Shown here: in pieces, positions 1 through 8,736 of the stretch
How positions within the stretch are numbered: position 1 is the first letter of the stretch
How the letters are laid out: every line of letters starts with the position of its first letter
Origin: a bacterium
GTDB taxonomy: Bacteria > J088 > JAWLBW01
NCBI GenBank assembly: GCA_041690355.1
Contig: JAWLHK010000026.1
Coordinates: 49,745 to 69,744, forward strand
Length of the DNA stretch: 20,000 nt
Reading direction: 5' to 3'
Position numbers and translations under genes: made by a program
The notes under the pieces: generated by a model
What the model was told of the DNA's origin: nothing
The model's input: the letters and a program-made list of their open reading frames with translations, nothing else
Databases searched by the model: none

Positions 1-243
1 CTCCTGCGTCCGCCCACCCACGACTTTCACCCGGGCGACGCCGTCCGCCACTTCCGCTTCGGCCAGGGGCTGGTCAAGCAGGTGGCCGGGGGAACGGTGG
101 AGGTGGATTTCGCGGACGGCGTCCACCGCATCCGGAGTTCCTACCTGGACAAGCTTCCCACACCTCAAGCGCCAAGCCTATCCGTTCGTGTCGAGCCGAC
201 GGTCGAAGGCAGCGCCAGAGACGACGGCGAGTCATGTCAGTAG
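1..243 (+). CDS. 3' end of a gene with a C-terminal Tudor/SH3-like domain as in UvrD/PcrA or RecQ-type helicases (partial, 5' end outside window)
   Basis: Frame +1 is open from base 1 to TAG 241-243: ...HDFHPGDAVRHFRFGQGLVKQVAGGTVEVDFADGVHRIRSSYLDKL..., matching the F-x-x-G-D-x-V-x-H-x-x-F-G-x-G-x-V...V-x-F pattern. The last ~20 codons run into a repeat element. Not in the ORF track. Confidence 0.6.
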   Translation, partial: LLRPPTHDFHPGDAVRHFRFGQGLVKQVAGGTVEVDFADGVHRIRSSYLDKLPTPQAPSLSVRVEPTVEGSARDDGESCQ

Positions 244-450
244 GCGCCCAGGTGCGTTCCCTCGCTGTCGCGCTCCATTCCACTTCGCGCGGTCAGCTCG
301 GGACGAACGGTCAGGGTGGCTGGCGATGGGCGTTTTTGCCGGCAAATCGTCAATCGAAAATTGTAAATAGTCAATCCGGTTCACTCGTCACTCGTAATTC
401 GTCATTTGCAGCTCGCTCAAATCGTCAATCGTCAATTGTCAATCGTAAAT
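181..450 (+). repeat. Composite repeat copy 1: ~130 bp long-hairpin element (181-310) followed by AATCGTC-type (345-372, 420-447) and CTCGTCA-type (384-404) heptamer arrays
   Basis: Outer arms ccgttcgtgtcgagccgac / gtcagctcgggacgaacgg and inner arms gacggcgag / ctcgctgtc; aligns along its length with 13900-14026 and partly with 17573-17622. Confidence 0.85.
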
Positions 451-536
451 GGAGTGGCCGCTGACGGTCGCGGACCGAAGGCGATGCGCCGATGCTGGGA
501 GACACTGACATCGGCCTTGCAGCCATGGAGGGAGAC

Positions 537-722
537 ATGCCGGAGAAGAAAAGCGGAATGACGGTCAGCGAAGCCGGCCACAAAGGCGGCGAAAAGACGG
601 CCCGCACCCACGGCCACGATTTCTATGAGGAAATCGGGCACAAGGGGGGCGCCGCCGGCGGCCACAAGGGCGGCCAGCGCGTCAAGGAGCTGATCGAAAA
701 AGGCAAGCAGTCTGAACGGTAA
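537..722 (+). CDS. KGG-repeat general stress protein (GsiB/YciG/Em-like hydrophilin), 61 aa
   Basis: MTVSEAGHKGGEKTARTHGHDFYEEIGHKGG...HKGGQRVKELIEKGK; SD-like GGAGGGAG before ATG 537. Confidence 0.9.
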   Translation: MPEKKSGMTVSEAGHKGGEKTARTHGHDFYEEIGHKGGAAGGHKGGQRVKELIEKGKQSER

Positions 723-727
723 GGCAG

Positions 728-754
728 CGCTCCGCCCGCGGCGCGGGCGGAGCG
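728..754. terminator. GC-rich hairpin between the convergent KGG gene and purU (terminator-like, no U-tract)
   Basis: Perfect 12-bp stem cgctccgcccgc / gcgggcggagcg. Confidence 0.55.
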
Positions 755-756
755 GC

Positions 757-791
757 ATTCCTGATTCCTGATTCCTGATTCCTGATTCCTG
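757..791 (+). repeat. Heptamer tandem repeat (ATTCCTG)x5
   Basis: Five perfect copies read directly. Confidence 0.95.
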
Positions 792-839
792 AGCCGGCAA
801 GAACAACGCCGGCTACGGCGCCGACGGGGGAGAGGTCCC

Positions 840-1712
840 CTAGTCGAACACCACCGTCCGGTTCCCGTACACCAGCACCCGGTTCTCCAGGTGCCAGCGC
901 ACCGCGCGCGAGAGCACGATCTTCTCCAGGTCGCGCCCCTTGCGCACGAGCTCGTCCACCGTGTTCCGGTGCGTGATGCGCGCGACGTCCTGCTCGATGA
1001 TCGGACCGTCATCGAGGATTTCCGTCACGTAATGGCTCGTCGCGCCGATGAGCTTCACGCCGCGTTCGTAGGCGCGATGATACGGGCGCGCGCCGTGAAA
1101 GGCGGGGAGAAAGGAGTGGTGGATGTTGATGATCCGCCGCGGATGCGCCGCCACAAAGTCGGGGGACAGGACCTGCATGTAGCGGGCGAGCACGACGAGA
1201 TCGATGCGCGCATCCCGCAGCAGGGCGAGCTGGCGCGCTTCCGCTTCCGCTTTGTTCTCCGTCGTGACCGGAATCTCGTGGAAGGGGACGCCGTAGAATT
1301 CCGCAAGCGAACGCGTGTCCCCATGGTTGCTCACGATGAGGGGAATGTCGCAGGGGAGCTCGCCCGCGCGGTGGCGGTAGAGCAGATCGGCCAGGCAGTG
1401 ATCGTAGCGGGAAACGAAGAGGGCCACGCGTGGCCGGTCCGAGGATCGGGCCAGGCGCCAGTCCATGGCGAAAGCTTCTGCCACGGGCGCGAAGGCTTGC
1501 GCGAAGGTGTCGAGGGGAATGGAGAAGTCGGCCAGGTCCCACTCCACCCGCATGAGAAACAGGCCGAGTTCGGCGTCCTGATGCTGATCCGCGTGCAGGA
1601 TGTTGGCGTTGTGGCGGTAGAGGAACTCGGCGATGGCCGCCACGATCCCCTTGCGGTCGGGACAGGAAATGAGCAGGGTTGCCGTTTCGGACACGGGGGT
1701 CAACGCCGTCAT
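840..1712 (-). CDS. purU: Formyltetrahydrofolate deformylase
   Basis: N-terminal ACT domain (LLISCPDRKGIVAAI) and LARYMQVLS, INIHHSFLPAFHGARPYHRAYERGVKLIGATSHYVT, LDDGPIIEQ motifs; ATG at 1712 lies just after the upstream gene's stop. Confidence 0.96.
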   Translation of the reverse strand: MTALTPVSETATLLISCPDRKGIVAAIAEFLYRHNANILHADQHQDAELGLFLMRVEWDLADFSIPLDTFAQAFAPVAEAFAMDWRLARSSDRPRVALFVSRYDHCLADLLYRHRAGELPCDIPLIVSNHGDTRSLAEFYGVPFHEIPVTTENKAEAEARQLALLRDARIDLVVLARYMQVLSPDFVAAHPRRIINIHHSFLPAFHGARPYHRAYERGVKLIGATSHYVTEILDDGPIIEQDVARITHRNTVDELVRKGRDLEKIVLSRAVRWHLENRVLVYGNRTVVFD

Positions 1713-1714
1713 GC

Positions 1715-2656
1715 TCAGCGTCCTTCGCCGGCCGCGAAACGGGAGCGGAAATCCGCCGCCGTCGCCTCGAGCCCCTGCTCCAGCGCCACCGTAGGGCTCC
1801 ACCCCAGTTCAGCACGCGCAAGCGTGATGTCTGGCTTGCGGCGCGTCGGGTCGTCGGCGGGGAGCGGCTCCTCGACGATCTGCGCGCCGCCGTATTTCCG
1901 CGTCACCAGTTCAGCAAGCTGGCGAATCGTGAATTCCCCATCGTTCCCCAGGTTCACGGGCCCCGTGAATCCCCCCCGGGCCATGAGGCGCACGAGGCCG
2001 TCGACCAGATCGGTGACGTAGCAGAAGGAGCGTGTCTGGGAGCCGTCGCCGTAGACCGTGAGCGGCTTGCCGGCCATGGCCTGGACGAGAAAATTACTGA
2101 CCACGCGGCCGTCTTCGAAGGCCATGCGCGGACCGTAGGTATTGAAGATGCGGGCGATGCCGACGCTCAGGCCGTACTGGCGATGGTAATCCATCGTCGC
2201 CGATTCGGCCGCGCGCTTCCCCTCGTCATAGCAGGCCCGGATGCCGTGCGGATTCACGTTGCCCCGGTAACGCTCAGGCTGCGGATGCACCTCGGGGTCG
2301 CCGTAGACCTCGCTCGTGCTGGCCAGCACCAGGCGCGCGTTGTTCTGCCGCGCGAGCTCGAGCATGTTCAGCGTACCGATCACGTTCGTGCGCAGGGTAC
2401 GAACCGGGTCGGCCTGATAGTGCACCGGGCTGGCCGGACAGGCCAGATGATAGACCTGCTCTACCGGCAGAGAGATCGGCTGCTCGACGTCGTGCTCGAC
2501 GAGCTCGAACCGTCCCGAAGCGGCGAACCCGGCGACATTCTCCCGGCGTCCCGTATAGAAATTGTCGAGGCAGACGACGTCGTGGCCGTCGTTGAGGAGC
2601 CGCTCACAGAGGTGGCTGCCGACGAAACCCGCGCCACCGGTTACCAGAACACGCAT
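1715..2656 (-). CDS. uxs: UDP-glucuronate decarboxylase (UDP-xylose synthase) family extended SDR
   Basis: [45 protein letters not shown] (YxxxK), [36 protein letters not shown]. Confidence 0.92.
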   Translation of the reverse strand: MRVLVTGGAGFVGSHLCERLLNDGHDVVCLDNFYTGRRENVAGFAASGRFELVEHDVEQPISLPVEQVYHLACPASPVHYQADPVRTLRTNVIGTLNMLELARQNNARLVLASTSEVYGDPEVHPQPERYRGNVNPHGIRACYDEGKRAAESATMDYHRQYGLSVGIARIFNTYGPRMAFEDGRVVSNFLVQAMAGKPLTVYGDGSQTRSFCYVTDLVDGLVRLMARGGFTGPVNLGNDGEFTIRQLAELVTRKYGGAQIVEEPLPADDPTRRKPDITLARAELGWSPTVALEQGLEATAADFRSRFAAGEGR

Positions 2657-2792
2657 GCAGACCTGCTTTCGGAAGGGATAGTTTAGCAAGAAGCCCGTAC
2701 CATGGCCATGATAGCGCCTTCCGCCATCCGGGTCAGGGGGGCCCGGGGACCGGACTGCCCGGCGGGCGGCGGCGTGGTATGCTATAGCCCGC

Positions 2793-5516
2793 ATGAATAC
2801 GAGCGTTCCTTCTCTCCGACGGCTGCGGAGCCTGCTGCTGGTTCCGCTGGTTTCCTTCTGGGCGGCCTGCGGCGAACCCGACGAGGCGCCGGCGCCGGTC
2901 TCCTCGAAGGTTTTCGAACCTCTCGAGACCCGGGACGTCTGGCGCCTGCCCGGGCTCCAGGGGCGCGTCGAGGTCGCCCGGGATCGCTACGGCATCCCCC
3001 ACCTCTACGCCGAAAACCTGCACGACCTCATGTACGTGCAGGGGTATGTCGTGGCGCGCGACCGATTCTGGGAGATGGACATCCTGCGGCGTATCTCGCT
3101 GGGGAAACTGTCGACGCTCATCGGCCTCGCGCCGATCCTCATCGACTTCGACGAACTGTTCCGCGCCATCAACCTCACCGAGCGCGGAACGCTGGTCTAC
3201 GACGAGGTCTACGCCACGACAGAGGGAGAAGACAAGGTCGCCCTCGACGCCTACGCGGCCGGAGTCAACCTCTACCTCGAGCATGCCGCCACGGGAAAGT
3301 ACGGCGCGCGATTCCCGCCCGAGTACAACGAGCTGCTCTTCGGCCTGCTGCAGCAGCCGACCCCCGCCGACATTCCCCGCTGGGAGCCGCGCGACACGCT
3401 GGCGGTCGGCCGGTTTCAGCAGTTCAACCTCTCGGCAAGCAATTACGCACAGGAGCTGCGGATCGGCGACCTGCTGGCGACCATGGGGGCCGAGCATCCC
3501 GACTGGGCCGAAGCCCTGATCCGCTTCCGGCCGGCGGTGACCCAGGCGACCCTGTCCGACTGGGCCGGGGTGGAACCGGGGGTGGCCGCCGCCCCGGGAC
3601 TCAATCCCCGGTCCCCGCAGAACAGGGCACTGTCGCCGGCCGCGGCCGCCGACGCCGCAATCTCATCGAACGCCGTGCGCACGCTGCTCGTCCGCCTTGA
3701 TGAGATGCGCACCCAGTTCCCCCTGCTTTCCTGGACCGACTACGGCTCGAACAACTGGGTCGTCGGCCCCGACCGGTCCGCCAGCGGACACGTGCTGGTC
3801 GCCAACGACCCGCACCTGATCGTCACGAACCCGCCGCTCTTCTACCAGGTGCACCTGAACACGAAGGTGTTGGGGGGCGACGACGGCCTGAATGCCTCGG
3901 GGGTCGTCTTTCCGGGCATTCCCGTCTTCATGATCGCGCACAACGAATCCGTCGCGTGGGGCGTGACGGTGCTCGGCTACGACGTGGCCGACATTTATCG
4001 GGAACAGGTGCTGGGCGACGGCACGGCCGTGCGGCGGGGTGCGACTTCGGTCCCGATCATGGCGAGCCAGCAGTTCTACTGCGACGGCTACAGCGATACC
4101 TGCCTCATGCGCCCGCTCAAGTACGTCCCCGGCCACGGCCCGGTCATCGAAGAAGAGGGCAACGAGCTGCTCACGCTGCGGTGGACCGGCATGGAGCCGA
4201 CCGGCGATCTGACCGCCTTCCGTAAACTCGCCTACGCGAAGAACGTCGACGAAGCCTTCGAGGCCATCCGCGACTTCCGCGTCGGGGCGCAGAGCTTCGT
4301 CCTCGGCGACGTCGAGGGGAACATCGGGTATTTCGGCAGCGCCAACGTTCCGATCCGCGATCCGCGGTGCGCGCAGCCCCCGTGGATTCCCCTCGACGGC
4401 GCCTCGGGGCTCTGCGAGTGGCAGGGGTATCTGCCCGACGAACTCCTGGTGCAGACGAAGAACCCTGCGCAGGGATACGTGGCGACGGCGAACAACGACA
4501 TCGTCGGCACGAGTTTCGACAACGATCCGCTGAACGACTACCGCGACGGCACGCAGCTCTACTACTGGTACACCCGCGACGCCGGTTTCCGCGCGGGGCG
4601 CATCCACGAGCTGCTCGACGCGAAAGAGAAACACACCCGCGAAGACATGGCGCGCATCCAGGCCGACACCTTCTCGTTCGAGGGGCGCATGATGACGCCG
4701 CACATTCTCGCCGCGGCCTCGGCGCGCCCCGACCTGGTGTCGCCCGCCCTCGAGGACGCCCTGGAGCGCCTGGCCGCGTGGGAATTCGGGACGCCGACGG
4801 GGATGCCCGATCCGTTCACCGACACGGTCCCCACTTCGGCGGAAGAGCGCGACAGCGTGGCCGCCAGCATCTACTACACGTGGATCCGCCTGCTGAAGGA
4901 CCGGCTGATGGGCGACGAATACGCGCGCTACGGCCTGACGCCCCCGTCGGAGTCCGACGGCTACGAACCGCTGGGCACCTTCCGCGCGGCCCTGCACGCG
5001 CTCGAGGATCCGTCTGCCTCGTTCCTCTTCGACGACATCCGCACGACCGGCCACATTGAAACGCCCGCGGAAACGATTCTCGCGACCCTGGACGACACCG
5101 TCACGTGGCTGACGGAACGGTTCGGTACGGCCGATTCCGCAGCGTGGAAGTGGGGAGAACTGCACTACGTGCGCTTCTTCGACATCTACGGCTTTCTCGG
5201 CGCCAACGTGCGCGCCATCGGCCCCTTTCCCAACGACGGCAGCCTGGGGACGGTCGATGCCGCGAGCTTCCTGTTCATGCAGGATTCCTACGTGCAGGTG
5301 GGCGGCCCGGTCATGCGCATGATTACGGAACTCGATCCCGACGGCGTGCGCAGCTGGAATGCCCTGCCGGGCGGTCAGGTGCACGACCGCTTCAGCAACC
5401 ATTACGACGATCTGGTACCGTATTGGATGCAGAACCGGAATTACGAGGTGCCGTTCAGCCTGGACGACGTCCGCGCGAACCTCGAGCGCCTCACCATCGT
5501 TCTTCCTCCCGAGTGA
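2793..5516 (+). CDS. Penicillin acylase / AHL acylase family Ntn-hydrolase (S45), probable lipoprotein
   Basis: [11 protein letters not shown]...[18 protein letters not shown] alpha chain; GSNNWVV catalytic Ser, ANDPHL, TANN; lipobox-like FWAAC after a hydrophobic signal. Confidence 0.92.
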   Translation: MNTSVPSLRRLRSLLLVPLVSFWAACGEPDEAPAPVSSKVFEPLETRDVWRLPGLQGRVEVARDRYGIPHLYAENLHDLMYVQGYVVARDRFWEMDILRRISLGKLSTLIGLAPILIDFDELFRAINLTERGTLVYDEVYATTEGEDKVALDAYAAGVNLYLEHAATGKYGARFPPEYNELLFGLLQQPTPADIPRWEPRDTLAVGRFQQFNLSASNYAQELRIGDLLATMGAEHPDWAEALIRFRPAVTQATLSDWAGVEPGVAAAPGLNPRSPQNRALSPAAAADAAISSNAVRTLLVRLDEMRTQFPLLSWTDYGSNNWVVGPDRSASGHVLVANDPHLIVTNPPLFYQVHLNTKVLGGDDGLNASGVVFPGIPVFMIAHNESVAWGVTVLGYDVADIYREQVLGDGTAVRRGATSVPIMASQQFYCDGYSDTCLMRPLKYVPGHGPVIEEEGNELLTLRWTGMEPTGDLTAFRKLAYAKNVDEAFEAIRDFRVGAQSFVLGDVEGNIGYFGSANVPIRDPRCAQPPWIPLDGASGLCEWQGYLPDELLVQTKNPAQGYVATANNDIVGTSFDNDPLNDYRDGTQLYYWYTRDAGFRAGRIHELLDAKEKHTREDMARIQADTFSFEGRMMTPHILAAASARPDLVSPALEDALERLAAWEFGTPTGMPDPFTDTVPTSAEERDSVAASIYYTWIRLLKDRLMGDEYARYGLTPPSESDGYEPLGTFRAALHALEDPSASFLFDDIRTTGHIETPAETILATLDDTVTWLTERFGTADSAAWKWGELHYVRFFDIYGFLGANVRAIGPFPNDGSLGTVDAASFLFMQDSYVQVGGPVMRMITELDPDGVRSWNALPGGQVHDRFSNHYDDLVPYWMQNRNYEVPFSLDDVRANLERLTIVLPPE

Positions 5517-5518
5517 GC

Positions 5519-6160
5519 ATGACCCCGACCAAACGCAAGCCCGCCGACCGCACCCGCCAGGGCGATACCCGCGAGCGCATCGTTCAGGCGGCCGAAGACG
5601 CCTTCGCCTACTACGGCTTCAGCGGCGCGAGCCTGCAGGACATCGCCGATCGCGTCGGCATCAAGAAGGCGTCGCTCTTCTACTACTTCAAGGGGAAGGA
5701 AGAGCTCTACGCCGTCACGATCCAGCGCGTCTTCAAATCGCTCGAAGAGATTCTCTTCCAGGCGATTCAGGACGAGCGGTCCGGCTTTCAGGAGCGCATC
5801 GCGCTCATGGTTGGCAACACGTTCGACCTGCTGGCCGAACACCCGAACTACGCCCGCATGCTCTACCGCGAGCTGATGGACAATGAAGAAGGGGTGACCG
5901 AGGTATCCGCGATGCTGTTCGGCCCGCTCATTCAGACGGCCTCGCAGTTTCTCGAAAGCGGCATGGAGCGCGGCGCCCTGAAGCGCCTCGACCCGATGCA
6001 CTACCTGGTCTCGACGCTCGCCGTCATCACCTTCTACTTCATCTCGGCGCCGATGTTCGAGCCGCACTGGAAGACCGAGCTGCTGAGCACCAAGGCGATC
6101 AAGGAACGCCGCGAGCAGGTGATGACTTACATCCTGAACGCGATTGTCGCGGACCGCTGA
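5519..6160 (+). CDS. TetR/AcrR family transcriptional regulator
   Basis: RERIVQAAEDAFAYYGFSGASLQDIADRVGIKKASLFYYFKGKEELY HTH; ATG 2 nt after the acylase stop. Confidence 0.93.
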   Translation: MTPTKRKPADRTRQGDTRERIVQAAEDAFAYYGFSGASLQDIADRVGIKKASLFYYFKGKEELYAVTIQRVFKSLEEILFQAIQDERSGFQERIALMVGNTFDLLAEHPNYARMLYRELMDNEEGVTEVSAMLFGPLIQTASQFLESGMERGALKRLDPMHYLVSTLAVITFYFISAPMFEPHWKTELLSTKAIKERREQVMTYILNAIVADR

Positions 6161-6183
6161 GCGCGCTCGGGCGCGCTCAGCGG
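6154..6183 (+). terminator. GC-rich hairpin overlapping the TetR stop codon (terminator-like, no U-tract)
   Basis: Perfect 13-bp stem ccgctgagcgcgc-tcgg-gcgcgctcagcgg. Confidence 0.55.
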
Positions 6184-6185
6184 CC

Positions 6186-6206
6186 ATTCCTGATACCTGA
6201 TTCCTG
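6186..6206 (+). repeat. Heptamer tandem repeat ATTCCTG-ATACCTG-ATTCCTG
   Basis: Read directly; same family as 757-791 and, inverted, 9048-9075. Confidence 0.85.
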
Positions 6207-6208
6207 AG

Positions 6209-6359
6209 AAGCAAGCACACCCGAACTGGCCGCGGTATTCGGCGTCGAGCTTCGCGAGGACAGCCAGAATGCCGGGGCCCCCTGCAGCACGGCGCTTACC
6301 CCGCCGACCACGATGTACTCCACGGAAAGCGCCGAGAGGAGCCGCAGGAAACTAGGCAC
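6209..6359 (-). pseudogene. Deleted/frameshifted nucleotidyltransferase-family fragment (putative toxin of a TA-like pair)
   Basis: GTG start overlapping the partner's 3' end; FLRLLSALSVEYIVVGGVSAVLQGAP, then ILAVLAKLDAEYRGQ in another frame. The expected intervening TxDxD segment is absent and the gene ends at the heptamer array. Confidence 0.65.
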
Positions 6360-6510
6360 GGTCGTCACCACGCAACCTGAGAATGGCGGTGACCTGCTCC
6401 TAAAGCACCTGTAACCTTTCCATCGGCGTCAGCGACAGCATCCACTCAATCAAGGTCGTGTCGACACCCTGTCTCGGCGTAGTGTCGGGGCGTTCGTCCT
6501 GATCCGGCAT
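6352..6510 (-). pseudogene. Small partner protein of the nucleotidyltransferase with an in-frame TAG
   Basis: MPDQDERPDTTPRQGVDTTLIEWMLSLTPMERLQVL*EQVTAILRLRGDDRA*; GVDxxLIxxxLxLTPxERL resembles small proteins found before such nucleotidyltransferases. Internal stop at 6400-6402. Confidence 0.65.
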
Positions 6511-6587
6511 TCAGGACATTATCCTGCGGCGCCGCACGAGGCTCGCAACCGGACCCGTGACGTAGACGAAGTCGGATGACATTCGTC

Positions 6588-6671
6588 CACGGCGCACTTA
6601 CGCCATCGGTCCGGACTTTACCCCGACGCCCAGGAGGGGGCTGGGCAGACCCGTCGGCTTTCTGCGGGAAG
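6588..6671. repeat. Direct repeat A (~84 bp), homologous to 8006-8088
   Basis: Manual alignment gives 10 mismatches and 1 gap; core tcggtccggactttaccccg..aggagggggctgggc.gacccgt. Confidence 0.9.
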
Positions 6672-6717
6672 ACGCGTGTGCGCACTTCCCGCCGACCGGA
6701 AGGTAAGGCGACAGCAA

Positions 6718-6981
6718 CTACTTGCGGTTCGACGTCCTGGTCTGCACGGCGTCGCCGAGAGCCTTCAGCTGTCGCGACCATTTGTCGCTCAGCCGCTGGA
6801 TGTCCTTCTTGATCTCGAGCGCCATCTTATCCAGCTGTTCGGCCAGCTGTTCGGCGGGGCCGTCCTTCGCCAGCATCTTCGAGACACGGGCCTCGACGTC
6901 ACGCTCGATCTGCTTTACTTTGCGCACCGCCTTCGCTTCGGCCTGGCGGGCCTTGGTAACGGCTTTGCTGAGGGTTGCCAT
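6718..6981 (-). CDS. Hypothetical 87-aa Lys/Ala-rich helical (coiled-coil-like) protein
   Basis: Strong SD AGGAGG before ATG 6981; host-like GC-rich codons; MATLSKAVTKARQAEAKAVRKVKQIERDVE... Confidence 0.75.
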   Translation of the reverse strand: MATLSKAVTKARQAEAKAVRKVKQIERDVEARVSKMLAKDGPAEQLAEQLDKMALEIKKDIQRLSDKWSRQLKALGDAVQTRTSNRK

Positions 6982-7095
6982 ATCGCCTCCTGGGTATGAT
7001 GTTCTACCCCATTCCCAAGCGATCTCCATGCCAAGTACGGCTATCGAGCCCCGCGTGAACGGCGAGGCGTCTGGAAACGGGCCTGCGTGAGCATA

Positions 7096-7125
7096 ACTGT
7101 ATTTTTCCGATACACGCAAGGTCAA
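7096..7125 (-). promoter_or_regulatory. Putative sigma70 promoter TTGACC-N18-TACAGT containing a TGTAT-N7-ATACA palindrome, upstream of the 87-aa gene
   Basis: Consensus-like hexamers in an AT-rich patch; palindrome at 7098-7114. Confidence 0.4.
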
Positions 7126-7314
7126 AGGCGCGCAAACCCGTCTGCTGCTTGCGGTGGCGGCCCGCGTGGAGCCTACGCAGAAACGCGGGAAAGAAGAGTT
7201 GGGGGGAAGGTTCCGGCTACGTGCGCGCGGAGGGATGCAACGCGCTCAGGCTCGTTCCGAACCGGGGTACGACGTGTCCTGGTCTGCACGGTGCCGCCAA
7301 GGGGTGGGCAACGC

Positions 7315-7662
7315 TCACCCTTGGGTCAACCAGGCCCCGAGACGGTTTCTGATACGCTGCAGTCTTTCGGCGCCGATATTTCCGATGGCGCCCAGAAGGA
7401 TGTCCGAATTAATCACAGCAAGTCGAGCACAGCAGATCACGCTGGGAACATGTAAACCGCTCTCCCGGAAATCGTCGTCGCGCTCCGTGAGGACTTCATC
7501 GAAATCAGGGATGGCATGCCGCAACTGGCTGGAGATCATGCAGATCAGCCGATCGTCATAGCCGCCGGGGAGCCTGGCCAGAAGGAGGGCGGGACGGAGC
7601 TTTCCGCTCGCCAGATTGGCGTGGGGAAACTGAAACAGTACGACCTGTCCCGCTTCCTTCAC
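7315..7662 (-). CDS. PemK/MazF-like type II toxin
   Basis: GQVVLFQFPHANLASGKLRPALLL...ICMISSQ...SGLHVPSVI...RLAVI...IGNI; GTG start overlaps the antitoxin TGA. Confidence 0.85.
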   Translation of the reverse strand: MKEAGQVVLFQFPHANLASGKLRPALLLARLPGGYDDRLICMISSQLRHAIPDFDEVLTERDDDFRESGLHVPSVICCARLAVINSDILLGAIGNIGAERLQRIRNRLGAWLTQG

Positions 7663-7892
7663 TTGAAAAGGACTCTCAGGTCAGCAGAAGTATAGGCAGG
7701 TTCGTCTTCATCGGCCGTTCCTCGCAATGCGGAGTCCAGCGACAGTACTGTCCAGGCGTGACGTTCCTGGTCGTCGGACCTCCGCGACAGGAACTCGACA
7801 AAGTCAAGGACCTCAGATTGCAGCTCGACCGGCATGTCGCGCACCCTGCGCTGAATCTGTTCGATCAAGGATGACTCTGGGTTGGTTGCCAT
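7659..7892 (-). CDS. DUF2281-like putative antitoxin
   Basis: MPVELQSEVLDFVEFL motif, acidic tail DEDEPAYTSADL; coupled to the PemK-like gene; TAGAAT 6 nt before ATG suggests a leaderless mRNA. Confidence 0.8.
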   Translation of the reverse strand: MATNPESSLIEQIQRRVRDMPVELQSEVLDFVEFLSRRSDDQERHAWTVLSLDSALRGTADEDEPAYTSADLRVLFK

Positions 7893-8005
7893 GGCCTCAT
7901 TCTACCCCGACTGCGCTCCTCGCGCACCGGGCATATCACACATCTCCAAGGGTGACGCTGTGCGATGTGGCGGACCTTTGAGGGTCGATCTCCCCCACGG
8001 GCATT

Positions 8006-8088
8006 CACGACGCATTCAGGCCGTCGGTCCGGACTTTACCCCGTCGCCAGGAGGGGGCTGGGCGGACCCGTGGGCTCACTGCGGGAAG
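8006..8088. repeat. Direct repeat B (~83 bp), homologous to 6588-6671
   Basis: See repeat A; its flank 8100-8135 also matches 7234-7265 (shared cgttccgaaccgg). Confidence 0.9.
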
Positions 8089-8115
8089 TGTCGTGTAGCG
8101 ACGCAACGCCGGCGT

Positions 8116-8688
8116 TCAGGTACGTTCCGAACCGGCGTCCGACGTCCGGCGTCCGGCGTCCTCTCCCCGGTAGCGGATGACGCGGGCGGGATTGCCGCCG
8201 ACGATGGCGTAGGGGGGAACGTCCTTCGTGACCACGGCGCCGGCGGCGATGACCGCTCCCGTGCCGATGCGCGTGCAGCCCGGCGTGATCAGGGCGCGCG
8301 CGCCGATCCATACGTCATCCTCGATGACCTGCTGCACCGGCTCGGCCGCCCCCTGACGATTCATGGGAACGCTCGTGTCGTCGATGCGGTGGTTCTGGTT
8401 CAGGATGAGCACTTCGGGGCCCATCATGACGTCGGCGCCGATGCGGATGTTGTGCGGCAGGCGGCACTTGATGCCCAGCCCCGAGCGCGCGCCGATGCGC
8501 ATCCCGCGCGCGGAACCGAAGTGTGCGCCGCGCTCGACGTTCACGCCCGCGCCGACCTCATCCGCGGCCGCGCGCAGGCAGAGCCCCCGCAACGCTTTCC
8601 CCATGCGCCCCAGCGGGCCCAGCGAGTAGGACGCGGGAAGGCGGCGGGCGACGGCGTAGTAGACGACCAGTGCGGGAAGGCGGAGCAT
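8116..8688 (-). CDS. Hexapeptide-repeat (left-handed beta-helix) O-acetyltransferase, maltose/polysaccharide acetyltransferase-like
   Basis: [18 protein letters not shown]...[51 protein letters not shown]; start taken at ATG 8688, downstream of extended -10 TGcTATACT (8700-8708). Confidence 0.9.
   Translation of the reverse strand: MLRLPALVVYYAVARRLPASYSLGPLGRMGKALRGLCLRAAADEVGAGVNVERGAHFGSARGMRIGARSGLGIKCRLPHNIRIGADVMMGPEVLILNQNHRIDDTSVPMNRQGAAEPVQQVIEDDVWIGARALITPGCTRIGTGAVIAAGAVVTKDVPPYAIVGGNPARVIRYRGEDAGRRTSDAGSERT
8132..8162. repeat. CGTCCGG-type heptamer array, left arm of an inverted pair
   Basis: 29/31 identical to the reverse complement of 8758-8788. Confidence 0.85.
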
Positions 8689-8736
8689 ACGTGGGGAACA
8701 GTATAGCAAGCGGGGGGCGGGGCACGGTAGTCCGGG

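Noticed and set aside
345-450. Repeat clusters as a CRISPR array
   Set aside because: Units are contiguous 7-mers with no unique spacers, and there are no cas genes.
234-806. ORFs containing NRQSSIVN or NQESGIR peptide repeats
   Set aside because: Translations of heptamer DNA arrays with no coding signals.
6400-6402. In-frame TAG as recoding (pyrrolysine or readthrough)
   Set aside because: Other genes here end normally in TAG and the partner gene is also broken; pseudogenisation is simpler.
6588-8088. Integron attC sites
   Set aside because: No RYYYAAC...GTTRRRY boundaries were recognised and there is no intI in the window.
6576-8706. Plus-strand ORFs 6576-6812 and 7882-8706 sharing PGGGWADPxAxCGKxRV
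   Set aside because: The similarity comes from the DNA repeat, the frame is broken by a 1-nt indel, and both ORFs overlap better-supported minus-strand genes.
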